The notes under the pieces are model-generated. The model worked only from the letters and a program-made list of their open reading frames with translations. It made no database searches and was not told the origin of the DNA. This document shows, in pieces, positions 34,118 through 43,476 of a stretch of 64,000 bases of DNA. Source of the stretch: an uncultured Verrucomicrobiaceae bacterium (GTDB lineage: Bacteria > Verrucomicrobiota > Verrucomicrobiia > Methylacidiphilales > CAYYVW01); contig CAYYVW010000002.1 of the NCBI GenBank assembly GCA_964473925.1, forward strand, positions 54,206-118,205. The letters are read 5' to 3'. The translations under genes were made by a program, and so were the position numbers. Each line of letters starts with the position of its first letter. The first letter of the stretch is position 1.

Positions 34118-35144
34118 GCCCATTACCGTCGTGGGGGGCGGACTCGCGGGACTGGCCCTCGGGATCGGCCTGCGTCAGCGAGAGGTTCCGGTCGTGCTCT
34201 GGGAAGCGGGGCGGTATCCGCGGCATCGCGTCTGCGGCGAGTTTATCAGCGGCCAAGGGCAAGAATCCTTGCGGCGGCTTGGGTTGCTTGAAATGGTGAA
34301 TCGCGCGCGCGCGCAGCAAGCGACCAGCGCCGCATTTTTCCTCGAGCAGAGAGCGTTTCCCAAGCGCGATCTGCCTGAGCCCGCCCTCTGCATTTCGCGT
34401 TTTATCTTGGATGAGCTGCTCGCGGGCGAATTCCAACGCTTGGGTGGAGAACTCCGCGCCGGACAACGTTGGGACGGAAAATATGGCGAAGGAATCGTCC
34501 GAGCGAGCGGGCGTCACCCGCGGCCAATCACCGAGGGCTGGAGGCTCTTCGGATTGAAAATCCATGCTAGCAACGTCCCGCTGAAGGCGGACTTGGAAGT
34601 TCATTTTACGCCGTCCGGATACGTCGGCCTTTGCCGCTTGGTGGACGGGAAGACGAACATCTGCGGCTTGTTCCGCAGCAAGACGACGGTACCCGATCTC
34701 GCGCAGCGTTACCGCGAATGGCTGAGCGGCCCGCCAGGCTCGAGGCTCAGCGCGCGGCTGAGCGCGGCGCAGCTGGACGAGGGGTCGCTTTGTTCGGTCG
34801 CGGGCCTTTCCCTTGCTCCCCAACGAGCGGTCGATCGACACGAGTGCTGCGTCGGCGATGCGCTCACGATGATTCCGCCGGTCACCGGCAACGGCATGTC
34901 GATGGCGTTTGAGTCGGCAGAGCTGGCAATCGCGCCGTTGGCGAAATTTAGCCGGGGCGAGATGACATGGGCGCAGGCGCAGCGCTCCATCGCGGCGCAG
35001 TGTGACGCTCGGTTTGCGCGGCGGTTGCAGTGGGCGGGGCGGCTGCAAACGATTTTGTTTCGGCCGCGTCTGCGCGCGGCGCTTTTATTCCTGGGGGCGC
35101 ATTCGCAGTGGCTGTGGCGCGCGTGCTTCCATCAAACGCGTTAA
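34110..35144 (+). CDS. FAD-dependent oxidoreductase/monooxygenase (geranylgeranyl-reductase-like fold)
   Basis: N-terminal Rossmann motif ITVVGGGLAGLALGIGL. It overlaps the methyltransferase gene by 8 nt. Confidence 0.8.
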   Translation: MRKPITVVGGGLAGLALGIGLRQREVPVVLWEAGRYPRHRVCGEFISGQGQESLRRLGLLEMVNRARAQQATSAAFFLEQRAFPKRDLPEPALCISRFILDELLAGEFQRLGGELRAGQRWDGKYGEGIVRASGRHPRPITEGWRLFGLKIHASNVPLKADLEVHFTPSGYVGLCRLVDGKTNICGLFRSKTTVPDLAQRYREWLSGPPGSRLSARLSAAQLDEGSLCSVAGLSLAPQRAVDRHECCVGDALTMIPPVTGNGMSMAFESAELAIAPLAKFSRGEMTWAQAQRSIAAQCDARFARRLQWAGRLQTILFRPRLRAALLFLGAHSQWLWRACFHQTR

Positions 35145-35203
35145 AGGGCCCGTGGTGTGCGATTGACAGCGGCCGCCGCGTGCGTAGAGGTTAAAGGCTT
35201 CCG

Positions 35204-35410
35204 ATGAGCGACAAACTGACGTGGAAAGATTCCGAAGAAATCGCCTGGGCGCTGGTCGATAAATTCCCGGAGCAGGACCCGCTCAAGCTCAGTTTCCCCA
35301 AACTCCATGCGATGATCCTGGAGCTGGAAGATTTTAGCGATGACCCTCAAAAATCGAACGAAGCCGTTCTCGAATCCATTCAGATGGCTTGGTACGAAGA
35401 AAAACAGTAA
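35204..35410 (+). CDS. iscX: Fe-S cluster assembly protein IscX (YfhJ)
   Basis: LTWKDSEEIAWALVDKFPEQDPLKLSFPKLHAMILELEDFSDDPQKSNEAVLESIQMAW closely parallels E. coli IscX as I remember it. Confidence 0.85.
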   Translation: MSDKLTWKDSEEIAWALVDKFPEQDPLKLSFPKLHAMILELEDFSDDPQKSNEAVLESIQMAWYEEKQ

Positions 35411-35433
35411 CCCCACCCCCCTCCTCCCATTCT

Positions 35434-35844
35434 ATGCAAGCCTGCGACGCCTCCACCGAATGCATCATCAAAAGCGCCGACGCGCCACCCGCGATCGGGC
35501 CGTACAGCCAAGCCATCCGTAGCGGCGACTTTGTGTTCTGCTCGGGCGCACTCGGAGTGATCGGCGATACAGGCAAGTTTGCCGGGGATACCATCGAGGC
35601 GCAGACCGAGCAGGTGCTCAAAAATCTGCAGCATGTGTTGAAAGCCGCCGGGCTGGGGCTGGAGTCCGTCGTCAAGGCAACGGTCTTTTTGCAGGATATG
35701 AATCAGTTTCCGGCGATGAATGAGGTCTACGGAAAATACTTCCCGAAGAATCCGCCGGCGCGCTCGACCGTTCAAGTCGCGCGGTTGCCGAAGGACGCGA
35801 TGGTGGAGATTGAAGCAATTGCCTGCGCCCGCGCGGCCGCATAA
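35434..35844 (+). CDS. ridA: RidA/YjgF-family reactive-intermediate deaminase
   Basis: ...APPAIGPYSQAIRSGDFVFCSGALG...QTEQVLKNLQHVLKAAG...VKATVFLQDMNQF...PARSTVQVARLPKDAMVEIEAIA. Confidence 0.9.
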   Translation: MQACDASTECIIKSADAPPAIGPYSQAIRSGDFVFCSGALGVIGDTGKFAGDTIEAQTEQVLKNLQHVLKAAGLGLESVVKATVFLQDMNQFPAMNEVYGKYFPKNPPARSTVQVARLPKDAMVEIEAIACARAAA

Positions 35845-35863
35845 GAAAAAAGAGCCCGCTTTC

Positions 35864-36469
35864 ATGCAAGCCGCGCCAGCTCCTTCAACACAAACAGACG
35901 CGACCGAGCGCGTACTGGCGGCGTTCCGCCAAACGGGCGCGCTGCTCGAAGGGCATTTTATCCTGCGCTCGGGGCTGCGGAGCCGGCAGTATTTTCAGTG
36001 CGCGCATTTGCTCGAGCACGCGCGGTTCGCCTCCGAGGTCGTGGGCCTGCTCGCGGAAGAAGTGCGGCGGCAGGGGGTGGCGTTTGACCTGGTCGTCTCG
36101 CCCGCGATGGGCGGGATCATCGTCGGGCAAGAGCTCGCGCGGCATTTGGATTCGCGCCACGCATTCACCGAAAAGCAGGACGGCAAGCTCGTCCTCCGGC
36201 GCTTCCAGCTCAAGCCGGGCGCGCGGGTGCTGATCGCCGAGGACGTCGTCACCACGGGGAGCGCCGTCCGTGAGACGATGGAAGCGGTTCAGGGGGCAGG
36301 CGCTGTCCCGGTCGCGGTCGCGGTAATTGTCGACCGAAGCGGCGAGGGCTCCGTTGACTTTGGCGTTCCATTCCTGCCGCTCATTCGCATGAAAGTGGAG
36401 ACATATCCCGCCGACGCGCTGCCGCCCGACTTAGCCGCGCTTCCTCCTGTGAAGCCGGGGAGCAAGTAG
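35864..36469 (+). CDS. pyrE: Orotate phosphoribosyltransferase
   Basis: ...GHFILRSGLRSRQYFQC... and the PRPP motif VLIAEDVVTTGSAV. Start trimmed to the ATG at 35864. Confidence 0.9.
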   Translation: MQAAPAPSTQTDATERVLAAFRQTGALLEGHFILRSGLRSRQYFQCAHLLEHARFASEVVGLLAEEVRRQGVAFDLVVSPAMGGIIVGQELARHLDSRHAFTEKQDGKLVLRRFQLKPGARVLIAEDVVTTGSAVRETMEAVQGAGAVPVAVAVIVDRSGEGSVDFGVPFLPLIRMKVETYPADALPPDLAALPPVKPGSK

Positions 36470-36500
36470 GAGCACGCGCTCTTCTACGAAAGAATTTCCC

Positions 36501-37682
36501 ATGAATGCACGGCCGCGCTCTTTAATTTTAGCGGTGGTAGCAGCTGTCGTGCTCGCCGGGTGCAGCAAGCCAGAGGGCCCGAAGAGCACCGGCAACGGCG
36601 CTCCGATCCGCATTGGGGTGGTGACATCGCTGACGAAAATCCCGGTCGTGGGGAACGGCTACCGGCACGGCGTCGAGCTTTTCATCGAGCAGGCGAACGC
36701 GCGCGGCGGTGTTTTGGGTCGGAAGCTGGAGGCGGTCGTCCGCGACGACATGGCGGACCCCGGAACGGCGCTGCGCGTTGCCGAGGAGCTGGTGCGCCGC
36801 GACAGCGTCTTTGCGGTCACCGGGCCGTTCCTGGATAACGTGACCATGGCGCTGTCGGAATTCGCGCGGCAAAACAAAGTGCTGTTTGTGAACGGCTACG
36901 GCGCGACAGATCAACTGACGCAGGAAAAACAGCACGCGTACGCCTTCATCGTTCAGCATGGGCTCACCTTCTGGACCGGCGCGCTTGCGCAAGAGGCGGC
37001 GAAACTCCCGGCCAAGCGCTGGGCGACGATTGCGCCCAATTATGTTTTTGGCCGAGACACCGTGGAAGCGTTCCGCCGGCAACTTAAGGCGCTGCGGCCC
37101 GACGTGGAGTTTGTCGCGGAAGCGTGGCCGGCCACGCTTAAAATCGACGCGGGCGCAACGCTGCAGGCGCTCAGCCGCGGCAAGCCCGAGGCGGTTTTCA
37201 GCGTGTTATTTGGCAGCGACCTCGCGCAGCTGGTCCGTGAAGGCGGCAAGCGTGATTTCTTTGCCGACAAGACCGTTATCAATGTGAACCTAGGCCTGCC
37301 CGAAGAGATGAACGCGCTTGGCGCCGACTCCCCTGGCGGCTGGATCTGCAACGGCTATCCATGGCAGTTCATCGAAGGCGCAGAGCATCACGCGTTCGTC
37401 GCCGCTTACGAAAACAAATACAACCAGCCGCCGAACTTCTCCGCGCTCGTCGGATACGTGGCGACGCAATTTCTCATTGCGGGAATTGAGAAGGCGGGCG
37501 CCGTCGAATCCGAGCGCGTGATTAGAGCGCTCGAAGGCTTGAGCGTCCCCTCCCCTGTCGGGTCTCTCCTGATGCGCGCGCGGGATCATCGCTCGACCCT
37601 GGGTGTTTGGGTGGGGCGGACCGCGGTACATGACGGACACGGCGTGATGCGCGATTGGAAATATGTTTCCGGCGAGCAGTAG
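36501..37682 (+). CDS. ABC-type substrate-binding lipoprotein, LivJ/branched-chain amino-acid-binding family (paralog 1)
   Basis: Lipobox LAGCS, then IRIGVVTSLT...GVELFIEQANARGGVLGRKLEAVVRDDMADP... Confidence 0.85.
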   Translation: MNARPRSLILAVVAAVVLAGCSKPEGPKSTGNGAPIRIGVVTSLTKIPVVGNGYRHGVELFIEQANARGGVLGRKLEAVVRDDMADPGTALRVAEELVRRDSVFAVTGPFLDNVTMALSEFARQNKVLFVNGYGATDQLTQEKQHAYAFIVQHGLTFWTGALAQEAAKLPAKRWATIAPNYVFGRDTVEAFRRQLKALRPDVEFVAEAWPATLKIDAGATLQALSRGKPEAVFSVLFGSDLAQLVREGGKRDFFADKTVINVNLGLPEEMNALGADSPGGWICNGYPWQFIEGAEHHAFVAAYENKYNQPPNFSALVGYVATQFLIAGIEKAGAVESERVIRALEGLSVPSPVGSLLMRARDHRSTLGVWVGRTAVHDGHGVMRDWKYVSGEQ

Positions 37683-37700
37683 CCCCTTGCTTAAATTATA

Positions 37701-38897
37701 ATGCGACCTTCTCAACGCCTCTCCATCGCGCTTACTGCCATTATTTGCGCGGGGCTTCTGGCCGCGTGCAGCAAGTCGGCGCTGGAAAAAAGAGCGGCCG
37801 CGCATTCTCCTGCGGCACCAATCCGCGTCGGCGAGTTAATGAGCTACACGCAGTACGCCGAAGTAGCGACGCATTGGAAGCGCGGCTGGCAGCTGGCATT
37901 GGATGAGGTGAACGCGGCGGGCGGCATCCACGGGCGGCCGCTGGAAGTTGTTTCCCGCGATGACGGCGGCAACCCGAATGACGCCGTGCGCGTGGCCGAA
38001 GAGTTGACGCACCGCGACGGGGCCTGCCTGCTTTTCGGCACTATTTTTGACCACGTGAGCTTGGCGGTTTCCGATTTTGCCAAGCGCAGCCGCATTATTT
38101 TAATCAAGGGACATGGCGGGACCGATCGACTGATTCGCGAGGCGGGGCATCGGTATTTTTTCAGGATTCAACCGAGCGTCTCGTTTTACGCAGACCTCCT
38201 CGCGGAAGAAGCGGCGCGCTGGCCGGCCAAGCGGTGGGCGACGATCGCGCCTAACTATGAGTTTGGCCACGCGAGCGTCGAGTCGTTCCAAAAGGCGCTC
38301 ACGCGTCTCCGGCCGGATGTGGAGTGGGTCTCCCAAGCGTGGCCTATGCTAGGCAAGCTCGATCCCGGGCCGACCGTGCAGGCGCTCTTGAGCGCTCGGC
38401 CCGACGCGATTTTCAACGCAACGTTCACGGGGGACACGATGCGCTTGCTGCGCCAAGGAAAGTCGCGCGGTCTTTTCGAAGGGCGGCCGGTTGCGAGCAT
38501 GTTTTCGGGCCTCCCTGAGTTTTTGGATCAATTTGGTGCGGAAGTTCCGCAGGACTGGCTGACCTCGGGCTATCCGGCGGAAGAGATCTCCGCGCGCGAA
38601 CACAAGGCGTTCGCGGAGCGCTATTACAAGCGGTACGGCGAGTCGCCGCGGGAGGGATCGCTGGTGGGCTATGTCACGCTGAAAGCGGTTGCAACGTTGC
38701 TAACCCGCGCGAACTCGACTGAGTCAGAACGCCTCGTTGATACGCTTGCCGGAATGCAGTTTGAAACGCCGATCGGACCCCTCACCTTTGATGTGCAAAC
38801 GCATCAGTCGAACATGGGAACGTGGATCGGCAAGACCGCGCTCGTAGGCGGTAAACCAGCATTCCTTGAGGGGAAGTATCAAGCGCCGAAAAAGTGA
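37701..38897 (+). CDS. ABC-type substrate-binding lipoprotein, LivJ family (paralog 2)
   Basis: Lipobox LAACS. It is collinear with paralog 1 (e.g. AKRWATIAPNY.FG...E.F...L..LRPDVE.V...WP). Confidence 0.85.
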   Translation: MRPSQRLSIALTAIICAGLLAACSKSALEKRAAAHSPAAPIRVGELMSYTQYAEVATHWKRGWQLALDEVNAAGGIHGRPLEVVSRDDGGNPNDAVRVAEELTHRDGACLLFGTIFDHVSLAVSDFAKRSRIILIKGHGGTDRLIREAGHRYFFRIQPSVSFYADLLAEEAARWPAKRWATIAPNYEFGHASVESFQKALTRLRPDVEWVSQAWPMLGKLDPGPTVQALLSARPDAIFNATFTGDTMRLLRQGKSRGLFEGRPVASMFSGLPEFLDQFGAEVPQDWLTSGYPAEEISAREHKAFAERYYKRYGESPREGSLVGYVTLKAVATLLTRANSTESERLVDTLAGMQFETPIGPLTFDVQTHQSNMGTWIGKTALVGGKPAFLEGKYQAPKK

Positions 38898-38905
38898 GTA
38901 CGCAC

Positions 38906-38922
38906 ACAAGCTCGGGATGACG
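38906..38922. repeat. Solo half-copy of the inverted-repeat element arm
   Basis: acaagctcgggatgacg is identical to 9251-9267. Confidence 0.5.
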
Positions 38923-39000
38923 TGAGGCTGGATACAGCCCCGCCTTGTGTATTGCGACAAGCGTGGCGCGCTGGCTAAAGTTCCCCCTCGAGAGCGGGAT

Positions 39001-39690
39001 ATGTTTCACGATCTGGGCTTGTTTTTTGCGGCGGCGGTTCTCGTGATTTGGACGCCCGGGCCGGACACGATTTTGATTGCGGCGCGAACGGGGAGCGAGG
39101 GACCGCGCGCAGGCCTATTATCCGTGGGGGGAATTTGCGCCGGCTTTTTAGTTCATGCGCTGGCGGTAGCGCTGGGGGTTTCAGCGGCGGTTGCGGCGTT
39201 GCCAGGCGCGCTCAAGCTACTGCAGGCAGCGGGCGGCCTCTATCTCATCTACTTTGGAGCGCAGATGGCTCGCCGGGGATTCTGGCCCCAAGAACTGCAA
39301 CCTGCTCTTAATGAGCTAGTTGTTACAGAAGAAAAAAGAATTTCGAAGAGATCCTGGGCCGTGGGAGCTTTTGGGCAGGCGCTCATGACCAATCTACTCA
39401 ATCCCAAGGTGGTTCTATTTTTCATCGCATTTTTGCCCCAATTTATCGCCCCAACAAATTCATGGGGCGTTCGGGCTGTGGGACTTGGAGCATTGGGGGT
39501 CAGCTTCCTGATAATGGCAGGACTCTGGGGCCTCTTGATTGTTGGGGCCGTTGCCTACGGGGGCCGATGGGTTTCTGGGATGATGGGGGGCCCGGGGCGC
39601 TCTTTCCCCTGGAAACGAGTAATAGCGGGAGCCGGAGGACTCTTTTTTATCCTATTGGGCTTGCGTCTGGTTTTGGGCTGCTTAAACTGA
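39001..39690 (+). CDS. LysE/RhtB-family amino-acid exporter
   Basis: ...VIWTPGPDTILIAARTG...LNPKVVLFFIAFLPQFI... Start trimmed to the ATG at 39001. Confidence 0.8.
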   Translation: MFHDLGLFFAAAVLVIWTPGPDTILIAARTGSEGPRAGLLSVGGICAGFLVHALAVALGVSAAVAALPGALKLLQAAGGLYLIYFGAQMARRGFWPQELQPALNELVVTEEKRISKRSWAVGAFGQALMTNLLNPKVVLFFIAFLPQFIAPTNSWGVRAVGLGALGVSFLIMAGLWGLLIVGAVAYGGRWVSGMMGGPGRSFPWKRVIAGAGGLFFILLGLRLVLGCLN

Positions 39691-39811
39691 GGACAAGCGA
39701 GTTGCGGCATTTATTATCATAAATTAAGGAAAAACTTATTGCCTTTGTGCTACTTTTCATATAGCGTCGCGTGAAAGCTGGCTATTTGTCATTGCAGCAG
39801 AGGCTGTTGTC

Positions 39812-40810
39812 GTGAAAAAGAAATTTCTCAATCCATTTCTGTTAGGGGCCATAGCGCTTGGCGTGATCAGCGTATTTCTGGTCATGAAATATTTGGACGC
39901 GCACACGGCGGATCTCAAGCGGGCCAATGATGAGCGCATCGCGGCCCTGCGGCGCGAGTTTGAAGATAAGCTCAAATCCGGCGGCAACGTCGTCCTCGAC
40001 AAAAAGCCCGAGCGCCCGGTTGTCTACGCGAAGCAGCCCATCGCTGCCAACCAGCGCATCGAAGCCGTCCTCGTTGAAATCAAGCAAACGCCGAAGGAGC
40101 TCATCGCGAACGGATTACAGTCGGTTGAAGAAGTGGCCGGCAAGTTCGCTTCCAAGCCGATTGAAATTGGCGAGCCGCTGACCACCGGAAACGTAACGGC
40201 TGAAGCGCAGACCATGTCCCAGCGGCTGACGCCCGGCCTGCGCGCGGTCTCCCTTCCGGTGCTTTCGCAGGCGAACGTCTCGGGCGGCTTTATCGCCAGC
40301 GGCGACCGCGTTGACCTTCTCTTTACCTACCCCGAGCCCGGCGTGCCGGGGCTGCGGACCGTGACGGCGTTGCAAAATGTGCGAGTGCTGTGGGTCCCTG
40401 GAAGCCCGGTTGAAACCAAGCAGACGGCGGGGCTCGCGCCCGCGCAGGCGCAGATTTCCAGCGGCGGCGTCACGTTTGAAGTAACTCCTTCCGAGGCAGA
40501 AATTTTGACCAACATGACCACCATCCGCGGCGGCGTCTTCAGCGTCGTGTTGCGATCGAAGACGGATGAGTCGATGGTCCGCACGCCTGGTCAGCGCCAG
40601 TCCGAGTTCCTGGAAAATCCGGGCGCGGTGCAACGCAAGTCCGATCGGTCGCAGGCGCAGACCCGCGAATTTTTAAAGCAGCTGGAAGAGCGCCGCGCCC
40701 AAGCGCAGGCACAAGAAGCAGCTGCCAGCTCTACCAACGCCGCACCCGCGGTTGAGGCGGCGGCGCCTACTGCTCCTGCCTCTGCTCCGACCGGAGAATC
40801 TCCCCAATGA
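39812..40810 (+). CDS. cpaB: Flp/Tad pilus assembly protein CpaB/RcpC
   Basis: GTG start, N-terminal TM anchor, SAF-like segment ...PIAANQRIEAVLVEIK...KPIEIGEPLTTGNV, and the C-terminal RcpC-type domain. Confidence 0.85.
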   Translation: MKKKFLNPFLLGAIALGVISVFLVMKYLDAHTADLKRANDERIAALRREFEDKLKSGGNVVLDKKPERPVVYAKQPIAANQRIEAVLVEIKQTPKELIANGLQSVEEVAGKFASKPIEIGEPLTTGNVTAEAQTMSQRLTPGLRAVSLPVLSQANVSGGFIASGDRVDLLFTYPEPGVPGLRTVTALQNVRVLWVPGSPVETKQTAGLAPAQAQISSGGVTFEVTPSEAEILTNMTTIRGGVFSVVLRSKTDESMVRTPGQRQSEFLENPGAVQRKSDRSQAQTREFLKQLEERRAQAQAQEAAASSTNAAPAVEAAAPTAPASAPTGESPQ

Positions 40811-43476
40811 AAATAACTATACGATTGTGCAAACGTGAGCCAAAGGCCCGCGCCCGACAGTGGATCGCGGCCGGTTTGGTTGCCGGATTTGCGGGCCTTG
40901 TCGCGGTTGTGGGCTTGAGCGGGGCGCTTGCGCCTTCCGCACACGCTCAGGCCGATGCAGGTCCGGCTATCCGCACCGAGCATCTGGATATTGGCCTCAC
41001 CGAAACTAAAACGCTGACGTTCGATCACGCGGTGGAAGATTTTACTGTCTCCGCGCCGGCGTTCGTAAATGTGGATCGCGCGGAAGGCAGTCAATCGCAG
41101 CTGACAGTCAGCGGGTTGGTGCTTGGCAGCGCGAACGTGCGCGTGCGCGTCGGCGGGCAGACGATCGATTATCTAGTCACGGTCACGCCGCAACCGGAAC
41201 GCATTTACATCAACATCCCCGAGTCCAAGCGGCTGACGTTCGCCAAACCGGTGGACGATGTTGCTGCATCCAAGGCGGGAGTAGTGCGGATCGTCCAGCC
41301 GAACGACAACGTAGTTCTTTTAGAAGCGCTCGATGGCGGACAAGGCAATGCCAAGACGACGGTGACGGTTCAATCGGGCGGGCAGCTGTACCGGTACTTC
41401 GTTTCAACGCTGGAGAATCGCGGCGCGGACATGCTGGAAATCCAGAACGCATTTGCAGCCAAGGGATACAAAAATCTGGTTGTCGCGTTTGACCGGGATC
41501 AGGTGACGATCACTGGGTCGGTCCCCACGCAGGAAGAACTCGATGATGCCGTGCGGATCGTCAAGCAGTACACTCCGTACGTAATTGTCCGGGCGGCGCT
41601 CGGCACGCCGACGGTCAGCGGACAGTTCGAGCAGGAAGAAGCGTTTATCGTCAACAGCATCAAGCGCATCTCGGGCGTGCCGAAGCTGACGGTGGTGGTG
41701 CAGTTCCCGCCGCCGCAGGTGGTGGAATCTTTTGAAGAGCGCTTCCAGGGGGGTGATACTTTTAATGCAGGCGACACGGTGATTGGACAGTCGGGGGTGA
41801 CAACGACTTCCAGCGGCCGGTTTGATTCGCCGCGCGACGACGAAGGCAACAACCGTCCGCCGCCAAGGCCGCGGGCGGGGACCGAGCGTCGCCGCGCGAC
41901 GACGATCAACCGGACAGTGCCGCAAAAGATTTTTTTGTATGGTGAGCTCGAAGACGATTTGCAGGAAGCCCGCGTGCTGCGCGTGGCGCGGACGTTTTGC
42001 CCGTACGTGGTCTCGTTCCTGCAGGTGAAAGACCCCATCCAGTTACGCGTTCGCCTTTCGTTCATCGAAGTGGACCTCACCCGCGGCCGCGAGATGGGCG
42101 TGCTCTGGTTTAACTCGAACTCTGGAACTGATCCGGTAACCGGTCTGCCCGTTTTTTCCGGCCCCAATGTTTCGCTGGATAATTTGAGCACCAGCTACTC
42201 GAATTTGGCGTCGGGCTCATTCGGTTCGCAGCTCTTGAGCAACCTGACGTACGGCCTGACGATGGATTGGTCGGCGACCTTGCGCTTTACTGAGTCGCGC
42301 GGGATTACCAAGACGGTGCAGTCGGCGACGCTCTTTTTGCTCAACGGCCAGCCGGGGACCTATCAAGACGGCGGTAACGTGCCCGTTGTGATTGGCTTTA
42401 CCTCGGGCGGTCCGGGATCTCCACCCGTGCCAGTGGTGGGCCAGCAGGAAGTGGGCATTACCGTCCTCATCCAACCGCTGACGGCCGAGCGCGGCCAGCA
42501 GGCGGCGGTGACGGGCGGGGCGCGGTCGGATCTGGTGGTCAATTTCCCTAACAGTTTGAGCAACACCAACCTCGGAGAGGTCGCGTCGCTGGGCAAGTAC
42601 ATGAACTTGCTGACGGCTCCTTACAACGGCCAGATCGACGAGAGCGTCAAATACGTCGGCGAGAACGGGCTGATCGGCATGAACGTGCGCACGCAGATTG
42701 CCGCGCCCGCCGGGAATGTGCTAGTCGCAGGGCAAGAGACCTCTTCGTTTAGCGTACGCAACGTCAATACGCGCGCGTTCGTCAACAACGGCCAATCCGT
42801 CGTTGTGTCGGGCTTGAATGACAAATCCCGCCGGATCTCTTCCAATGAGATTCCGTGGGTGAGCCGCATTCCAATTTTGGGTTACCTCTTCAAAAATCCG
42901 TCACGCAGCGAACGCGACCGGGAAATTTTGCTGGTGGTCTCTCCCGAGATTGTTCGGATGAAGGGCCCGCAGAGCGGATTTACACCTAAGCCAACCCTGC
43001 CCGAAACGCAGGAGCAAATGACCGAGCAAGGACCCGATGGCGTCGTGCCGGTGGCTTCAGGGGTCGAGCGGTATGAGCCGCCGCGGCCCAAGGCGCGTCC
43101 TTCCAAGAGGACCAAGACCGTCGCGAGCGCTTCTACTCGCCGCAAATCGACGACGGCTGCTCCCGCACTGCGTTCCGGGGTGGAGCCGACGGCCACGATT
43201 ACTTTACCTGCTCCGGAAGGATCCACTGAGCCAGCGCCGACAATTGCGCCGATCGCTATCGATCGTGCTCCCGTGCGCCCGCGCCCACCCGAGCCCGAGC
43301 CCGAGCCCGAGCCCGCTGCCGCTCCTCCTGAACCGCAGGCCCCGCCCTCGGGAACGGTGATTGATGCGGCCGCCGCCGCGCCGCCTTCTTCTCCTGCTTC
43401 CAGCGCTCCAGCTGCAGACGCGAACCAGAACGGGGCCGCGGCGGATGCGCCGGACCCTGCTGGAACGCTGCCATGA
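40807..43476 (+). CDS. cpaC: Tad secretin CpaC/RcpA, unusually long (889 aa) with a Pro/Ala-rich C-terminal tail
   Basis: It overlaps cpaB as ATGA. Two pilus-N-type repeats, a BON-like segment (VTITGSVPTQEELDDAVRIV), and a secretin core ending ...REILLVVSPEIVRM, followed by ~190 low-complexity residues. Confidence 0.85.
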   Translation: MKITIRLCKREPKARARQWIAAGLVAGFAGLVAVVGLSGALAPSAHAQADAGPAIRTEHLDIGLTETKTLTFDHAVEDFTVSAPAFVNVDRAEGSQSQLTVSGLVLGSANVRVRVGGQTIDYLVTVTPQPERIYINIPESKRLTFAKPVDDVAASKAGVVRIVQPNDNVVLLEALDGGQGNAKTTVTVQSGGQLYRYFVSTLENRGADMLEIQNAFAAKGYKNLVVAFDRDQVTITGSVPTQEELDDAVRIVKQYTPYVIVRAALGTPTVSGQFEQEEAFIVNSIKRISGVPKLTVVVQFPPPQVVESFEERFQGGDTFNAGDTVIGQSGVTTTSSGRFDSPRDDEGNNRPPPRPRAGTERRRATTINRTVPQKIFLYGELEDDLQEARVLRVARTFCPYVVSFLQVKDPIQLRVRLSFIEVDLTRGREMGVLWFNSNSGTDPVTGLPVFSGPNVSLDNLSTSYSNLASGSFGSQLLSNLTYGLTMDWSATLRFTESRGITKTVQSATLFLLNGQPGTYQDGGNVPVVIGFTSGGPGSPPVPVVGQQEVGITVLIQPLTAERGQQAAVTGGARSDLVVNFPNSLSNTNLGEVASLGKYMNLLTAPYNGQIDESVKYVGENGLIGMNVRTQIAAPAGNVLVAGQETSSFSVRNVNTRAFVNNGQSVVVSGLNDKSRRISSNEIPWVSRIPILGYLFKNPSRSERDREILLVVSPEIVRMKGPQSGFTPKPTLPETQEQMTEQGPDGVVPVASGVERYEPPRPKARPSKRTKTVASASTRRKSTTAAPALRSGVEPTATITLPAPEGSTEPAPTIAPIAIDRAPVRPRPPEPEPEPEPAAAPPEPQAPPSGTVIDAAAAAPPSSPASSAPAADANQNGAAADAPDPAGTLP
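43291..43314. repeat. Hexanucleotide microsatellite (GAGCCC)x4 in the secretin tail
   Basis: Read directly. It encodes EPEPEPEP. Confidence 0.9.

Noticed and set aside
34095-35048. 317-aa minus-strand ORF opposite the FAD oxidoreductase
   Set aside because: It is antisense to a gene with a clear Rossmann motif and operon coupling. The product is Arg/Ala-rich with no motif.
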